A DNA stretch of 50,930 nucleotides from the NCBI GenBank assembly GCA_964642305.1, contig CAZXOE010000001.1:1-50930 (forward strand), given 5' to 3'. This DNA is from an uncultured Candidatus Saccharibacteria bacterium (GTDB lineage: Bacteria; Patescibacteriota; Minisyncoccia; Phycocordibacterales; UBA1550). A model generated the notes under the pieces. The model had not been told where the DNA came from. It saw nothing but the letters and a program-made list of their open reading frames with translations, and did not search any database. The translations under genes were made by a program, and so were the position numbers. Below are positions 1-8,116 of the stretch, in pieces; the first letter of the stretch is position 1; each line of letters starts with the position of its first letter.

Positions 1-345
1 ACATCAAAAGGGACTAACAATCTTTTACGACAAGGCGCGACACCGATCACTTGTGCAAAAGATTTGCTTGAGGAAATTGGTTTCGTAGAACAAACCTTTG
101 GTTCGCTCGACCTCACTCTCTACACACCCGAGGAACAAGCGGTGCTTATACTATTGGATGAGCCACGCGAGCGCGAGGAAATCATTACATTGCTCGGCAT
201 ACCCCACCCTAAACCGTTCTCCGAACGGTCGGGCGAACCATCTAATGATGGTTTTAGCCCAGCACAAACACTTTCAATACTAACAGTGCTTGAGATTAAA
301 GGTGTAATTCAGGAAAGACTAGGGAAAATTAAGCTAGTGAAATAA
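1..345 (+). CDS. dprA: DNA-processing protein DprA/Smf, C-terminal part (5' end outside window)
   Basis: Frame 1 is open from base 1 (TSKGTNNLLRQGATPITCAKDLLEEIGF...). It matches the conserved GTNxLIxxGA segment and C-terminal winged-helix tail of DprA. Classic dprA-topA neighbourhood. Confidence 0.75.
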   Translation, partial: TSKGTNNLLRQGATPITCAKDLLEEIGFVEQTFGSLDLTLYTPEEQAVLILLDEPREREEIITLLGIPHPKPFSERSGEPSNDGFSPAQTLSILTVLEIKGVIQERLGKIKLVK

Positions 346-437
346 TCGGTCAATTTTTGCAAATTCTAAAATAGCCTTGTTTTATAAGGCTATAAATACA
401 CAGTAATAAAGAAAATTGTAAAAACCTACAAAATTAC

Positions 438-465
438 TTGACAAAAAATCTATATATGCTATACT
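438..465 (+). promoter_or_regulatory. sigma70-type promoter TTGACA-N16-(TGc)TATACT
   Basis: TTGACA at 438-443 and TATACT at 460-465, preceded by TGC (extended -10). Same ATATGCTATACT block as other strong promoters in this window. Confidence 0.6.
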
Positions 466-471
466 GGTACA

Positions 472-806
472 TAGATAGACAAGCACCTTCCATGACACGC
501 AGTGATCTAAACCGAAGTTCAAGTAGTGTAGGTTAGATTCGAAACGGTGTCATAGTTTGGCTCGAGATGGCTACAAAAAGTCTCAGGTGAACTTGCGGTA
601 ACATTGCTGTGGGAGCAAAAGAAATAACTCTTAATTTATATAAAATCTTAAGAGTCCCAGCCAACAGCTAGGAAAATAGCTGACTAGATTACGCTTACAG
701 GGTACAGCGAAAATTTAGTGAATCAATACTATTCCTCCCCTGGTCTCCCACGAGAGAGACTTAAGAAAGGAATAGGGCGGGCAATCCATGGATTGCCCGT
801 TTTTTT
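472..806 (+). ncRNA. Unclassified structured RNA, promoter-to-terminator unit of ~335 nt
   Basis: Bounded by the 438-465 promoter and a GC hairpin plus T7 run (778-806). No SD-preceded ORF longer than 14 codons. Helices readable by eye: 492-498/547-553, 504-513/531-540, 627-634/648-655, 665-670/677-682, 731-736/768-773, 742-747/756-761. Family not recognised. Confidence 0.45.
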
Positions 807-854
807 ATTTTCTCATTTGCAAAATAAATCACTCTATAGTACTAATGTATCTCA

Positions 855-3056
855 ATGGCTGTTAAACAATATAAATTATTGATTGTCGAATCACCGTCAA
901 AGGCGAAGACGATTGGAAAATATCTCGGTGATGATTACCTTGTAAAGGCGAGCGTTGGGCACGTACGCGACCTTCCAAAATCAAACAAACAAGCTATCGA
1001 CATTCCCGGTGGCTTTATTCCGCATTACGAAATCTCAAAAGGCAAAGCAGAGGTGCTAAACGAGATTGATTCACTTGCAAAAAAAGCCAGCGAGGTGCTT
1101 CTTGCAACCGACCCCGACCGAGAAGGTGAAGCTATCGCATGGCACATTGCAGAGGCGTGCAAACTTAAGAATCCAAAACGTGTGACATATCACGAGATCA
1201 CTCAAGCCGCAATTCTAGAAGCCATCGCGCACCCAAGAAAAATTGACCAGAACCTGCGCAAAGCACAGGAGGCGCGTCGCGTACTGGACAGACTTGTAGG
1301 ATACGATCTATCAGGACTCATTTGGAAAAAAGTGCGCTACGGTCTTTCGGCTGGGCGTGTGCAGTCCCCTGCTCTCCGTATCATTATGGAGCGTGAGCGT
1401 GAGATTCGCGCGTTCACTCCGGAGGCATACTGGACACTCACTGCAAAAGTAAAGACACAGAAAGGTTTTGAACTGGAACTTTCATGCACCGAGGAACCTC
1501 GTGATGAAAAAGTTGTAAAAGATATTTTGAAAATTGGTCGCGCAAATCAGTGGATTGTGCGTGAAGTAAAAGAAAGCGAGGTTGGTCGCGCGCCAAAGGC
1601 ACCGTTCATTACCTCCACACTTCAGCAAGCCGGCTCATCGCGTTTTGGCTTTGCGCCTTCTCGCACGATGGGTATCGCGCAGAAGCTCTACGAAAAAGGA
1701 TTCATCACCTACATGCGTACTGACAGTACCACACTTTCAAAAGATGCTCTTTCGGCAATTCAGAGTGAAATTACGAAACGCTATGGCGCGCAGTCTGCTG
1801 AAGCTCGTGTATACAAAACCAAAAGTAAAAACGCTCAAGAAGCGCACGAGGCAATTCGCCCCACCGATATGAGTAAGGACTCTCTCGGTATTAACCCAGA
1901 GGAAAAAAAGCTTTACAAACTTATTTGGGCTCGCACAATGTCGTCACAAATGGTGGATGCAAGACTTGCACGTACCACTATACTCGCAAACGTGCGAGAC
2001 TTTTCTATACCTAATTTTTCAGTGACTGGCTCGCGTGTCCTCACTCCTGGCTGGCTCTCTGCAGACCCAGACTCTCGCGGAGAAGATGTGGAGCTTCCAA
2101 TAGTTGCCGAAGGTGAATCGCTCATTCTTCTTTCTCTAGACGACACTGCAAAATTTACAGAACCGCCTCCTCGCTACTCCGAAGCAGGGCTTGTGAAAGA
2201 GCTTGAGAAACGCGACATCGGTCGCCCTTCTACATACGCGTCTATTATTAAAACTATCTGCGATCGCGGGTATGTGATTAAAGACGGAAAAGCGCTCAAG
2301 CCCACCGATACAGGTGACGTAGTGAGCTCGTTTCTTGAGGAGCATTTTGCAAATTATATTTCTGACACTTTTACAGCAGAGATGGAGAACAAGCTGGACG
2401 ATATTGCAAACGGTGAACGTGAATATGTAAAAACTCTCAAGGATTTTTATGGACCTTTTACAAAGGATCTCAAAGCGAAAGATAAAATTGAGAAGCAAAC
2501 AAATATGGGCGACGCTGATCCAAAGCACAAATGCCCAAAGTGTAATGGCTCAATGATCATCAAACTCGCCCGCAACGGCAAATTTCTTTCGTGCAAAAAA
2601 TATCCTGATTGTGACGGCGCGCGCACGATAGACGGCGAGGAACTTGCTGGCCCACGCGATACTGGAGAGCTCTGTTCAAAGTGCGAGAAGGCGAACCTCG
2701 TAGAACGTGACGGGAAATTTGGTCGCTTCATCGCCTGTGGGAGCTATCCGAAATGTAAATATATTAAAAAAGATGAAGCCGCAGCACTTTTGAATGCCAC
2801 TGGAGTAGGATGCCCTGTTTGCAAAAAAGGTTTTATGACTGAGCGCAAGGGTCGCTTTGGAATTTTCTATAGTTGCACCGGCTACCCTGACTGCAAGTAT
2901 GCAATCAAAGCAAAACCAACGGGACGAATCTGTGAATATCCAAAAGTTGACGGCTCCCCCTGCGACTCACTCATGATGGAAGGCACAAAAACGATACCTG
3001 AGAGATGTAGTAATAAGTTATGTCCTAACCATAATCCACACAAGCTCGCAAAATAA
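855..3056 (+). CDS. topA: DNA topoisomerase I
   Basis: 733 aa. Toprim N-terminus (LLIVESPSKAKTIGKYLG...GHVRDLP, DPDREGEAIAWH), catalytic region (FITYMRTDS) and multiple C-terminal CxxC...CxxC zinc ribbons. Confidence 0.97.
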   Translation: MAVKQYKLLIVESPSKAKTIGKYLGDDYLVKASVGHVRDLPKSNKQAIDIPGGFIPHYEISKGKAEVLNEIDSLAKKASEVLLATDPDREGEAIAWHIAEACKLKNPKRVTYHEITQAAILEAIAHPRKIDQNLRKAQEARRVLDRLVGYDLSGLIWKKVRYGLSAGRVQSPALRIIMEREREIRAFTPEAYWTLTAKVKTQKGFELELSCTEEPRDEKVVKDILKIGRANQWIVREVKESEVGRAPKAPFITSTLQQAGSSRFGFAPSRTMGIAQKLYEKGFITYMRTDSTTLSKDALSAIQSEITKRYGAQSAEARVYKTKSKNAQEAHEAIRPTDMSKDSLGINPEEKKLYKLIWARTMSSQMVDARLARTTILANVRDFSIPNFSVTGSRVLTPGWLSADPDSRGEDVELPIVAEGESLILLSLDDTAKFTEPPPRYSEAGLVKELEKRDIGRPSTYASIIKTICDRGYVIKDGKALKPTDTGDVVSSFLEEHFANYISDTFTAEMENKLDDIANGEREYVKTLKDFYGPFTKDLKAKDKIEKQTNMGDADPKHKCPKCNGSMIIKLARNGKFLSCKKYPDCDGARTIDGEELAGPRDTGELCSKCEKANLVERDGKFGRFIACGSYPKCKYIKKDEAAALLNATGVGCPVCKKGFMTERKGRFGIFYSCTGYPDCKYAIKAKPTGRICEYPKVDGSPCDSLMMEGTKTIPERCSNKLCPNHNPHKLAK

Positions 3057-3213
3057 GAATGGAAGTATTTAGCCTGCGCTAAATGCGCAACTAGTTTTTG
3101 TAAGGCGAAAGCATAATTTTTCAGCAGAAAAATTGCTGAGCCGGGGTCGCGGAAATTTCCGAGCGACGACGAACAAAATATCTGTGACCAAAGACAATTC
3201 CAGAACGCTGCTC

Positions 3214-3253
3214 AAATATACCTTTTGTTTGCTGACAAACAAAAGGTATATTT
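3214..3253. repeat. Perfect inverted repeat, 18-bp arms, 4-nt loop
   Basis: aaatataccttttgtttg-ctga-caaacaaaaggtatattt. Lies inside the 300-nt segment between the two topA 3'-end copies. No T-run follows. Confidence 0.85.
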
Positions 3254-3311
3254 ACTCCTCGGCTCGGCGATGAAAAAGATTACCTTTTCAACGCTCTCAC
3301 TCTACGTCGTA

Positions 3312-3362
3312 AATAAATTGTGCCCAAATCATAATCCACATAAACTGGAGATGGCTAAGTAG
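3312..3362 (+). pseudogene. Displaced duplicate of the topA 3' terminus (NKLCPNHNPHKL-EMAK-stop)
   Basis: The 12 codons at 3312-3347 encode the same NKLCPNHNPHKL as topA 3012-3047, exactly 300 nt downstream. 28/36 nt are identical and all 8 differences are synonymous third positions. An ATG at 3270 would give a 30-aa ORF. Confidence 0.6.
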
Positions 3363-3420
3363 TTGACTGACGAGCTCAAAATGGCTAGTCTTTAAGCAGA
3401 TATCACTCACGGAGGTTATT

Positions 3421-3684
3421 ATGTACGAAAAAATAGGTTTTTCTCTAATTGGGCTTTGGGTTCTTTTGTTGATTTGGCCACTGATTAGGGAATGGGTATT
3501 GTATGACAAATCAACACGCCAGAATCGACAGCGATTGCAATTACTGATAAATCGGGCTAACAAAGGAAATGAGGCTGCCCGAAACGCTTGCGATAATAAT
3601 GGCCTTATAAACAAAGGAATGGTTCTATGCGAAGATGGAGTAAACTTGAGGAGCACATACTCGCTTCCAATTAAATGGCTTTGA
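3421..3684 (+). CDS. Small hypothetical membrane protein (87 aa)
   Basis: GGAGG at 3411-3415, 5 nt before the ATG. One hydrophobic helix (FSLIGLWVLLLIWPLI). Followed by the terminator at 3690-3730. Confidence 0.45.
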   Translation: MYEKIGFSLIGLWVLLLIWPLIREWVLYDKSTRQNRQRLQLLINRANKGNEAARNACDNNGLINKGMVLCEDGVNLRSTYSLPIKWL

Positions 3685-3689
3685 TTTTT

Positions 3690-3730
3690 CACCGCATGCA
3701 AACATGGTTTGCATGCGGTGTTTGCTTTTT
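3690..3730 (+). terminator. Rho-independent terminator
   Basis: caccgcatgcaaac-atg-gtttgcatgcggtg (14-bp stem) followed by tttgcttttt. Confidence 0.7.
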
Positions 3731-3756
3731 CCTCTATCTTCGCCTACTATAAAAAT

Positions 3757-5253
3757 ATGTTTACTCCTAAAAACTTTAAGGATTGCCCAAGCGCACAGGA
3801 GATAATTGCGCTACTAAAAAAACCGAGCAAAGATGACGTGTCTCTAATAGAGAAAGCATACGAGTTTGCTAAGGAGGCTCATAAGGAACAAAAGAGATAT
3901 TCTGGTGAGCCGTATTTTTGCCACCTTGCTAACGTTGGAAGCTATCTTGCCACTATCAATGTTGACGCAGAGACAGTTGCAGCTGGTCTTCTTCACGACA
4001 CGATAGAAGATGCAGGGGTTTCTTCAAAGACTATCGAACAGGAATTTGGCAAAGAAATTCTAACGCTTGTGGAAGGAACAACTAAGCTTGGCAAGCTCAG
4101 GTACCACGGCGTTGAGCGACACGTGGAAAGTCTTCGCAAATTTTTTATCGCAATGTCACACGACATTCGCGTGCTTCTCATCAAGCTCGCTGATCGTCTT
4201 CACAATATTCAAACACTTGAACATGTGCCTGAGGCAAAAAGAAAACGTATTGCTCTTGAGACACTGGAGATTCACGCGCGCCTCGCCGATCGTTTTGGTA
4301 TGGGAAAATGGAAAGCTATTTTTGAGGATGCTGCGTTCCCCTATGCATATCCAAAGGAATATGAGGAGGTCACCGCAATTATAAAGAAAAAGCGAGTTGC
4401 AGATGAAAAATATGCCGAAAAAATGCATCATTCACTTCAGAAGGAGCTCACTGCAAATGGTATCAATGATGCGCGAGTTGATTATCGGGTAAAGAACCTT
4501 TTTAGTCTCTGGAAAAAACTCAGAAGAAAAGATATGGACCCCGATAAGGTGTACGACATCCTTGCTGTGCGTGTCATTGTAAAAACAGTTGAGGATTGCT
4601 ACCGAACGCTCGGCATAATTCATAAACACTGGATACCTGTTCCAGGTCGCATCAAGGACTATATTGCAAGTGAAAAGACAAATGGTTATCGTTCACTGCA
4701 CACAACTATTTTTCGTGGCGATGGAGGAATTATTGAAATACAAATTCGCACAGAAGAAATGCACGAGGAGGCTCAATATGGTATCGCATCACACCTGACC
4801 TACAAGGAAAAAAACGGCTCAAACGGAGATTTCGACAAGAATATGGCTTGGGTAAAGGAACTTGCAAAATGGCAAAAAACGGTTGAAAAATCGGATGAAT
4901 TTATTGAGCACCTTAATATGGATTTCTTTAAGGATCGCGTTTTCGTGTACACACCAAAAGGCGATGTTATTGACCTCCCGGATGAATCCTGCCCAATTGA
5001 TTTTGCATATGCTATTCACTCAAACATTGGCGATCATGTTTCCAGCGCAAAAATAAATGGAAAACTTGTTTCCATAGATACAAAACTTAAAAACGGAGAT
5101 ATTGTGGAAATAGAAACAAAAGAAAGCGCGACTCCAAAGCGCAAATGGCTGGATTACGCAAAAACAACAATGGCAAAACGCCATATTAAAAACTATCTAG
5201 ACAAAACTAGCGCAATAGGAGCAATAGCTCAAAAATTTTTCGGGAAAAAATAA
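3757..5253 (+). CDS. rel: Bifunctional (p)ppGpp synthetase/hydrolase, RelA/SpoT homologue lacking the C-terminal ACT/RRM region
   Basis: HD hydrolase motifs (LLHDTIEDAG, KLADRLHN), RelA/SpoT synthetase core (YRSLHTTI...IEIQIRT) and TGS domain (VFVYTPKGDVIDLP). ATG 3757 is preferred over the track's TTG at 3709, which lies inside the upstream terminator stem. Confidence 0.9.
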   Translation: MFTPKNFKDCPSAQEIIALLKKPSKDDVSLIEKAYEFAKEAHKEQKRYSGEPYFCHLANVGSYLATINVDAETVAAGLLHDTIEDAGVSSKTIEQEFGKEILTLVEGTTKLGKLRYHGVERHVESLRKFFIAMSHDIRVLLIKLADRLHNIQTLEHVPEAKRKRIALETLEIHARLADRFGMGKWKAIFEDAAFPYAYPKEYEEVTAIIKKKRVADEKYAEKMHHSLQKELTANGINDARVDYRVKNLFSLWKKLRRKDMDPDKVYDILAVRVIVKTVEDCYRTLGIIHKHWIPVPGRIKDYIASEKTNGYRSLHTTIFRGDGGIIEIQIRTEEMHEEAQYGIASHLTYKEKNGSNGDFDKNMAWVKELAKWQKTVEKSDEFIEHLNMDFFKDRVFVYTPKGDVIDLPDESCPIDFAYAIHSNIGDHVSSAKINGKLVSIDTKLKNGDIVEIETKESATPKRKWLDYAKTTMAKRHIKNYLDKTSAIGAIAQKFFGKK

Positions 5254-5256
5254 AAA

Positions 5257-5286
5257 AACCGCAGGGTTGCTCCTGCGGTTTTGTTT
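5257..5286. terminator. Bidirectional terminator between convergent rel and SAH genes
   Basis: aaaaaaaccgcagg-gttgct-cctgcggttttgttt, with an A-run on one side and a T-run on the other. Confidence 0.7.
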
Positions 5287-5299
5287 GCCACACTTACTC

Positions 5300-5917
5300 C
5301 TAACCATCATACTTGGCGAGTGCTTCAGTGATCATAACATTCACACCATTAGCATATGTATTCCACTGCTCACCATAAAGGCGGAGCGCTGGAACGAGCA
5401 ATTTGAGATGGTATTCGCGAGTCTCCTTGATCTGCTTCTCGCGTTTCTCTGCACTACAACCAAGCATATTACGGTTGTTATGTAGCCGATCGCAAAGCTT
5501 CACGAGTATCGCTCTCGGACCTCGCTCGATGACTCTTGCAAGATACTCCTCGGTAGTTTCCTTACCCTTCGGAAGTTTTGTAAGGGCTCGACCGTCAAGT
5601 GACAATTCTGCTCCAAAATTCATCCCAAAACGGAAGAACGACAGCAAATACGAATCCTCCGGCATATCATGCAAAAGCAACAGAATGATGGTATCGGGGT
5701 CACGACCTTCGAGCTCGTGAATGTATATCCATGCAGCGCCCTTTGGGTGATCAAAATACCGGCCTCCATCATCACGAGTTTGTTTGGCGTGCCCAAACTT
5801 CGACAAAAAGTACGCAAATTGAACCCGCTCATAATCGGTTGGGTTAAGCACCACCTGAAGTGGCGCAAAAAAGAGCTCATAGCACGGCGGACGTGCATAC
5901 ACTTGGTTGGTGTTCAT
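5300..5917 (-). CDS. Stand-alone HD-domain (p)ppGpp hydrolase (small alarmone hydrolase-like)
   Basis: LLLHDMPEDS and KLCDRLHN mirror the Rel hydrolase motifs (LLHDTIED, KLADRLHN). No synthetase domain. AAGGAG lies 9 nt upstream of ATG 5917; the track's start at 5920 is a TTG. Confidence 0.7.
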   Translation of the reverse strand: MNTNQVYARPPCYELFFAPLQVVLNPTDYERVQFAYFLSKFGHAKQTRDDGGRYFDHPKGAAWIYIHELEGRDPDTIILLLLHDMPEDSYLLSFFRFGMNFGAELSLDGRALTKLPKGKETTEEYLARVIERGPRAILVKLCDRLHNNRNMLGCSAEKREKQIKETREYHLKLLVPALRLYGEQWNTYANGVNVMITEALAKYDG

Positions 5918-6004
5918 CAATCATTTCTCCTTTATTAATGTGCCATAGTTTAACTACCAAAATTCTACAAAAACAATAGCACAAAACTTGCATATCTGTC
6001 AAAC

Positions 6005-6036
6005 AAAAAACTGCCTCAACTGAGGCAGTTTTTTTG
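6005..6036 (-). terminator. Terminator downstream of parB
   Basis: ctgcctca-ac-tgaggcag flanked by an A-run and a T-run. Confidence 0.65.
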
Positions 6037-6041
6037 TTTGA

Positions 6042-7094
6042 CTAGAGTGAGAAGTTTTTCACATTGTACAAATCCTCATCGGGATCTTTTTCCATCACGT
6101 CTTCCCCGCCTTCGTCTAGATCGCCTGCTTCTGCTGGCTTAGCAGCTTCGGCAGCGTCCAGACGTGCTTCCAGAAGCGGCTCCGCTGACCCGTCTGCTGA
6201 TTCAGGAGTTTCGCCCAAAGGAGCGGCGATTTTCCCTGTTTGGATTTCGTGTTGCAAGCGCTTCATAAAGTTTCTAACATCCTCGTTTGAAAAGAAATCA
6301 ATAACAATCTTTCCTCCAACATCCCTTTTCTCAATCTGCACGCGTGTGCCAAGCACCTCGGTAAGCTCTGCTTCAAACTCCGCAACCTCGGGATCTATTA
6401 GCGCTATCTTTCGCACTTTTTCTACAGCAATGCGTCTTGCAATACGCTCTGACTCGCGCACGTTGAGCTTCTTAAAAATAATTTCTTTGTAGAGTGTGAG
6501 TTGTTCCTCCTTTCGGTCACAAAGCATAAGGAGCGGACGTGTGTGTCCCTCGGTGATTTTCCTTTCTGCGAGCGCAATAAGCATCTCATCAGGAAGCGCA
6601 AGTAATCGAAGGGTGTTCGAAACGTACTCGCGACTCTTGCCCACCTTCATAGCAATCTGCACGTGCTTAAAACCAAAATCATCGGCGAGGCGCTGGAATG
6701 CTTTTGCGCGATCCACAGGATTTAAGTCTTCACGCTGGAGGTTCTCTATAATTGCTAGTTCAAGTTTCACTCTGTCTTCCTCTTCTTTTCCTTCCTCGCC
6801 AATACGAATAAGCACAGGAACTTGCTGAAGTCCTGCGATTTTTGACGCGCGTAAGCGTCGCTCTCCGGCGATGAGCTCGTACTCCACAGCAAGCCCGCCT
6901 TCTGGCTTTTCTATCTCACGGCGTGTAACCACAAGTGGCTGAAGAATACCGTACTGCTTTATAGAGTCCGCGAGGTCGCGGAGTTTGTACTCGTCAAATT
7001 CCTTTCTTGGTTGAAAAGGGTTTGGTTTAATTTTTTCGATTTCAATCCAGAAGATTGAATTTTGATACATTTGGTTTGGCATTCCGATGGGCAT
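6042..7094 (-). CDS. parB: Chromosome partitioning protein ParB/Spo0J with long acidic C-terminal tail
   Basis: ParB box (IKPNPFQPRKEF, LIAGERRLRASK), HTH region, then the tail ...AEAGDLDEGGEDVMEKDPDEDLY. Confidence 0.9.
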   Translation of the reverse strand: MPIGMPNQMYQNSIFWIEIEKIKPNPFQPRKEFDEYKLRDLADSIKQYGILQPLVVTRREIEKPEGGLAVEYELIAGERRLRASKIAGLQQVPVLIRIGEEGKEEEDRVKLELAIIENLQREDLNPVDRAKAFQRLADDFGFKHVQIAMKVGKSREYVSNTLRLLALPDEMLIALAERKITEGHTRPLLMLCDRKEEQLTLYKEIIFKKLNVRESERIARRIAVEKVRKIALIDPEVAEFEAELTEVLGTRVQIEKRDVGGKIVIDFFSNEDVRNFMKRLQHEIQTGKIAAPLGETPESADGSAEPLLEARLDAAEAAKPAEAGDLDEGGEDVMEKDPDEDLYNVKNFSL

Positions 7095-7271
7095 AGTAGA
7101 TAAAAAGAATTATTTTGTTCACTCATCTTATCACAAACACTCCCCTACGCAAGTTTCAAAATTCTCAAAAAAGTGCTTAATTCTGTGGATATTTTGTGCA
7201 TAGCTTAGGTACTTGCATTTTTCTGTAGATATGGTATAATTGTTATAGATAAATTTTAAAGGGGTACGGTA

Positions 7272-7562
7272 ATGGCAGCCAATGAGTTTCAAAAACGCAT
7301 TGCAAAAGAAGTTCTTACAGCTCTTGCTGAAAAAATAAGGGCGAACAAAAATATTGATTTAAGAAACCAAAGTTCACTCAAGTTTGACGAACGTACTTAC
7401 TCGCAAGTTCTGTATCTAATCCTTCTCAAAGATAATGTCGTACAGAGAGAAGCGAAAGCTTATCAGTGGCGTGCAATAAAGCCATTGATAGAGAAGGGAT
7501 TTAGTACCAAAATTGCAAAAGCGATTGCGAAATTGCCTGAGCAAAAAGAGCTCTCACTCTAA
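7272..7562 (+). CDS. Hypothetical protein (96 aa)
   Basis: Promoter TTGCAT(7213)-N16-TGgTATAAT(7235), SD aaagggg, and terminator at 7582-7617. No family recognised. Confidence 0.5.
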   Translation: MAANEFQKRIAKEVLTALAEKIRANKNIDLRNQSSLKFDERTYSQVLYLILLKDNVVQREAKAYQWRAIKPLIEKGFSTKIAKAIAKLPEQKELSL

Positions 7563-7581
7563 CTAAGTGCACCTACATTGA

Positions 7582-7617
7582 ATGCCCACCCGTAATTTAC
7601 GGTGTGGGCATTTTTTA
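7582..7617. terminator. Bidirectional terminator
   Basis: atgcccaccCg-taattta-cggtgtgggcat followed by tttttt. Serves 7272-7562 (+) and the small minus-strand ORF. Confidence 0.65.
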
Positions 7618-7626
7618 GTGCGCGGG

Positions 7627-7728
7627 CTATTCTTTGTCATCCATCTTCTTCTGGAATTCCTTGAAACTTGTGGGATCCAAACATTTGATGGCTTCCAACA
7701 TGGCGCAAAGTATTTTTTTAAACATCAT
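7627..7728 (-). CDS. Candidate 33-aa small protein MMFKKILCAMLEAIKCLDPTSFKEFQKKMDDKE (below the ORF-track cutoff)
   Basis: AAGGAGA (complement of 7733-7739) lies 4 nt before the ATG. Minus-strand promoter TTGCTT(7795-7790)-N17-TGgTATGTT(7772-7767). Stop is followed by the 7582-7617 terminator. Confidence 0.35.
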   Translation of the reverse strand: MMFKKILCAMLEAIKCLDPTSFKEFQKKMDDKE

Positions 7729-7871
7729 GTATTCTCCTTATGCAAATTGTAGAGACTTCTATTTAGAACATACCACAAGTTTCCATAAAAAGCAACCTGT
7801 ATGTTTACAAGACATCTACATAAATGGTAAAGTAGGTAAGAATAATCGCGCAAAGCTGTCTAAAAACTACA

Positions 7872-8114
7872 ATGCAATCAATGACAATACTTATGGGACA
7901 CGGGCTAGTATGGTGGACTGGCATGGTTGGAGGATTTTTCTTTCTTCTTTTAATTATCACCGCGCTAACAAAGCAGTACAACTATAATCTTTTTACAAAG
8001 GCCCAGGTACCGCTTACACCATATCATCACTGGTTTGGCTGGCTCACATTTGGGATCCTCCTTATTCATTTCCTTCTCGCGCTATTTAGTTCAGTCTTTT
8101 TTGTATTTTTCTAA
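7872..8114 (+). CDS. 80-aa two-TM protein with His-x12/13-His helix (ferric-reductase/cytochrome-b-like remnant)
   Basis: TM1 is GLVWWTGMVGGFFFLLLIITAL. TM2 is YHHWFGWLTFGILLIHFLLALF. Stop TAA 8112-8114 is followed 2 nt later by the ATG of the FNR-like gene. Confidence 0.55.
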   Translation: MQSMTILMGHGLVWWTGMVGGFFFLLLIITALTKQYNYNLFTKAQVPLTPYHHWFGWLTFGILLIHFLLALFSSVFFVFF

Positions 8115-8116
8115 AC

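Noticed and set aside
472-806. Tried to assign the dprA-topA RNA to RNase P RNA, SRP RNA, tmRNA or 6S RNA.
   Set aside because: GAGGAAAGUCC and ACAGAA..GGCUUA P4 strands are absent. Only weak look-alikes (agtcccagcc, cgcttacag) occur, in the wrong order relative to a GGUAAC loop. There is no GGAA-tetraloop SRP domain IV. There is no tRNA-like end. There are multiple short local hairpins instead of the single long 6S duplex. Left as an unclassified ncRNA.
3297-3757. 134-aa minus-strand ORF (3297-3701) and the TTG start at 3709 for rel.
   Set aside because: The minus ORF overlaps the SD-supported 87-aa plus-strand ORF and the topA relic. The TTG lies inside the 14-bp terminator stem, so ATG 3757 is used for rel.
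6042-7271. Searched around parB for a parS site (TGTTNCACGTGAAACA).
   Set aside because: Only half-site fragments (for example gtttcac at about 6766) are present, with no palindromic full site that I could find by eye.
7634-7987. 117-aa plus-strand ORF overlapping the start of the 2-TM gene.
   Set aside because: It has no SD, is not membrane-like and is not homologous to anything recognisable. It overlaps a better-supported minus-strand mini-gene and the 7872 ORF.
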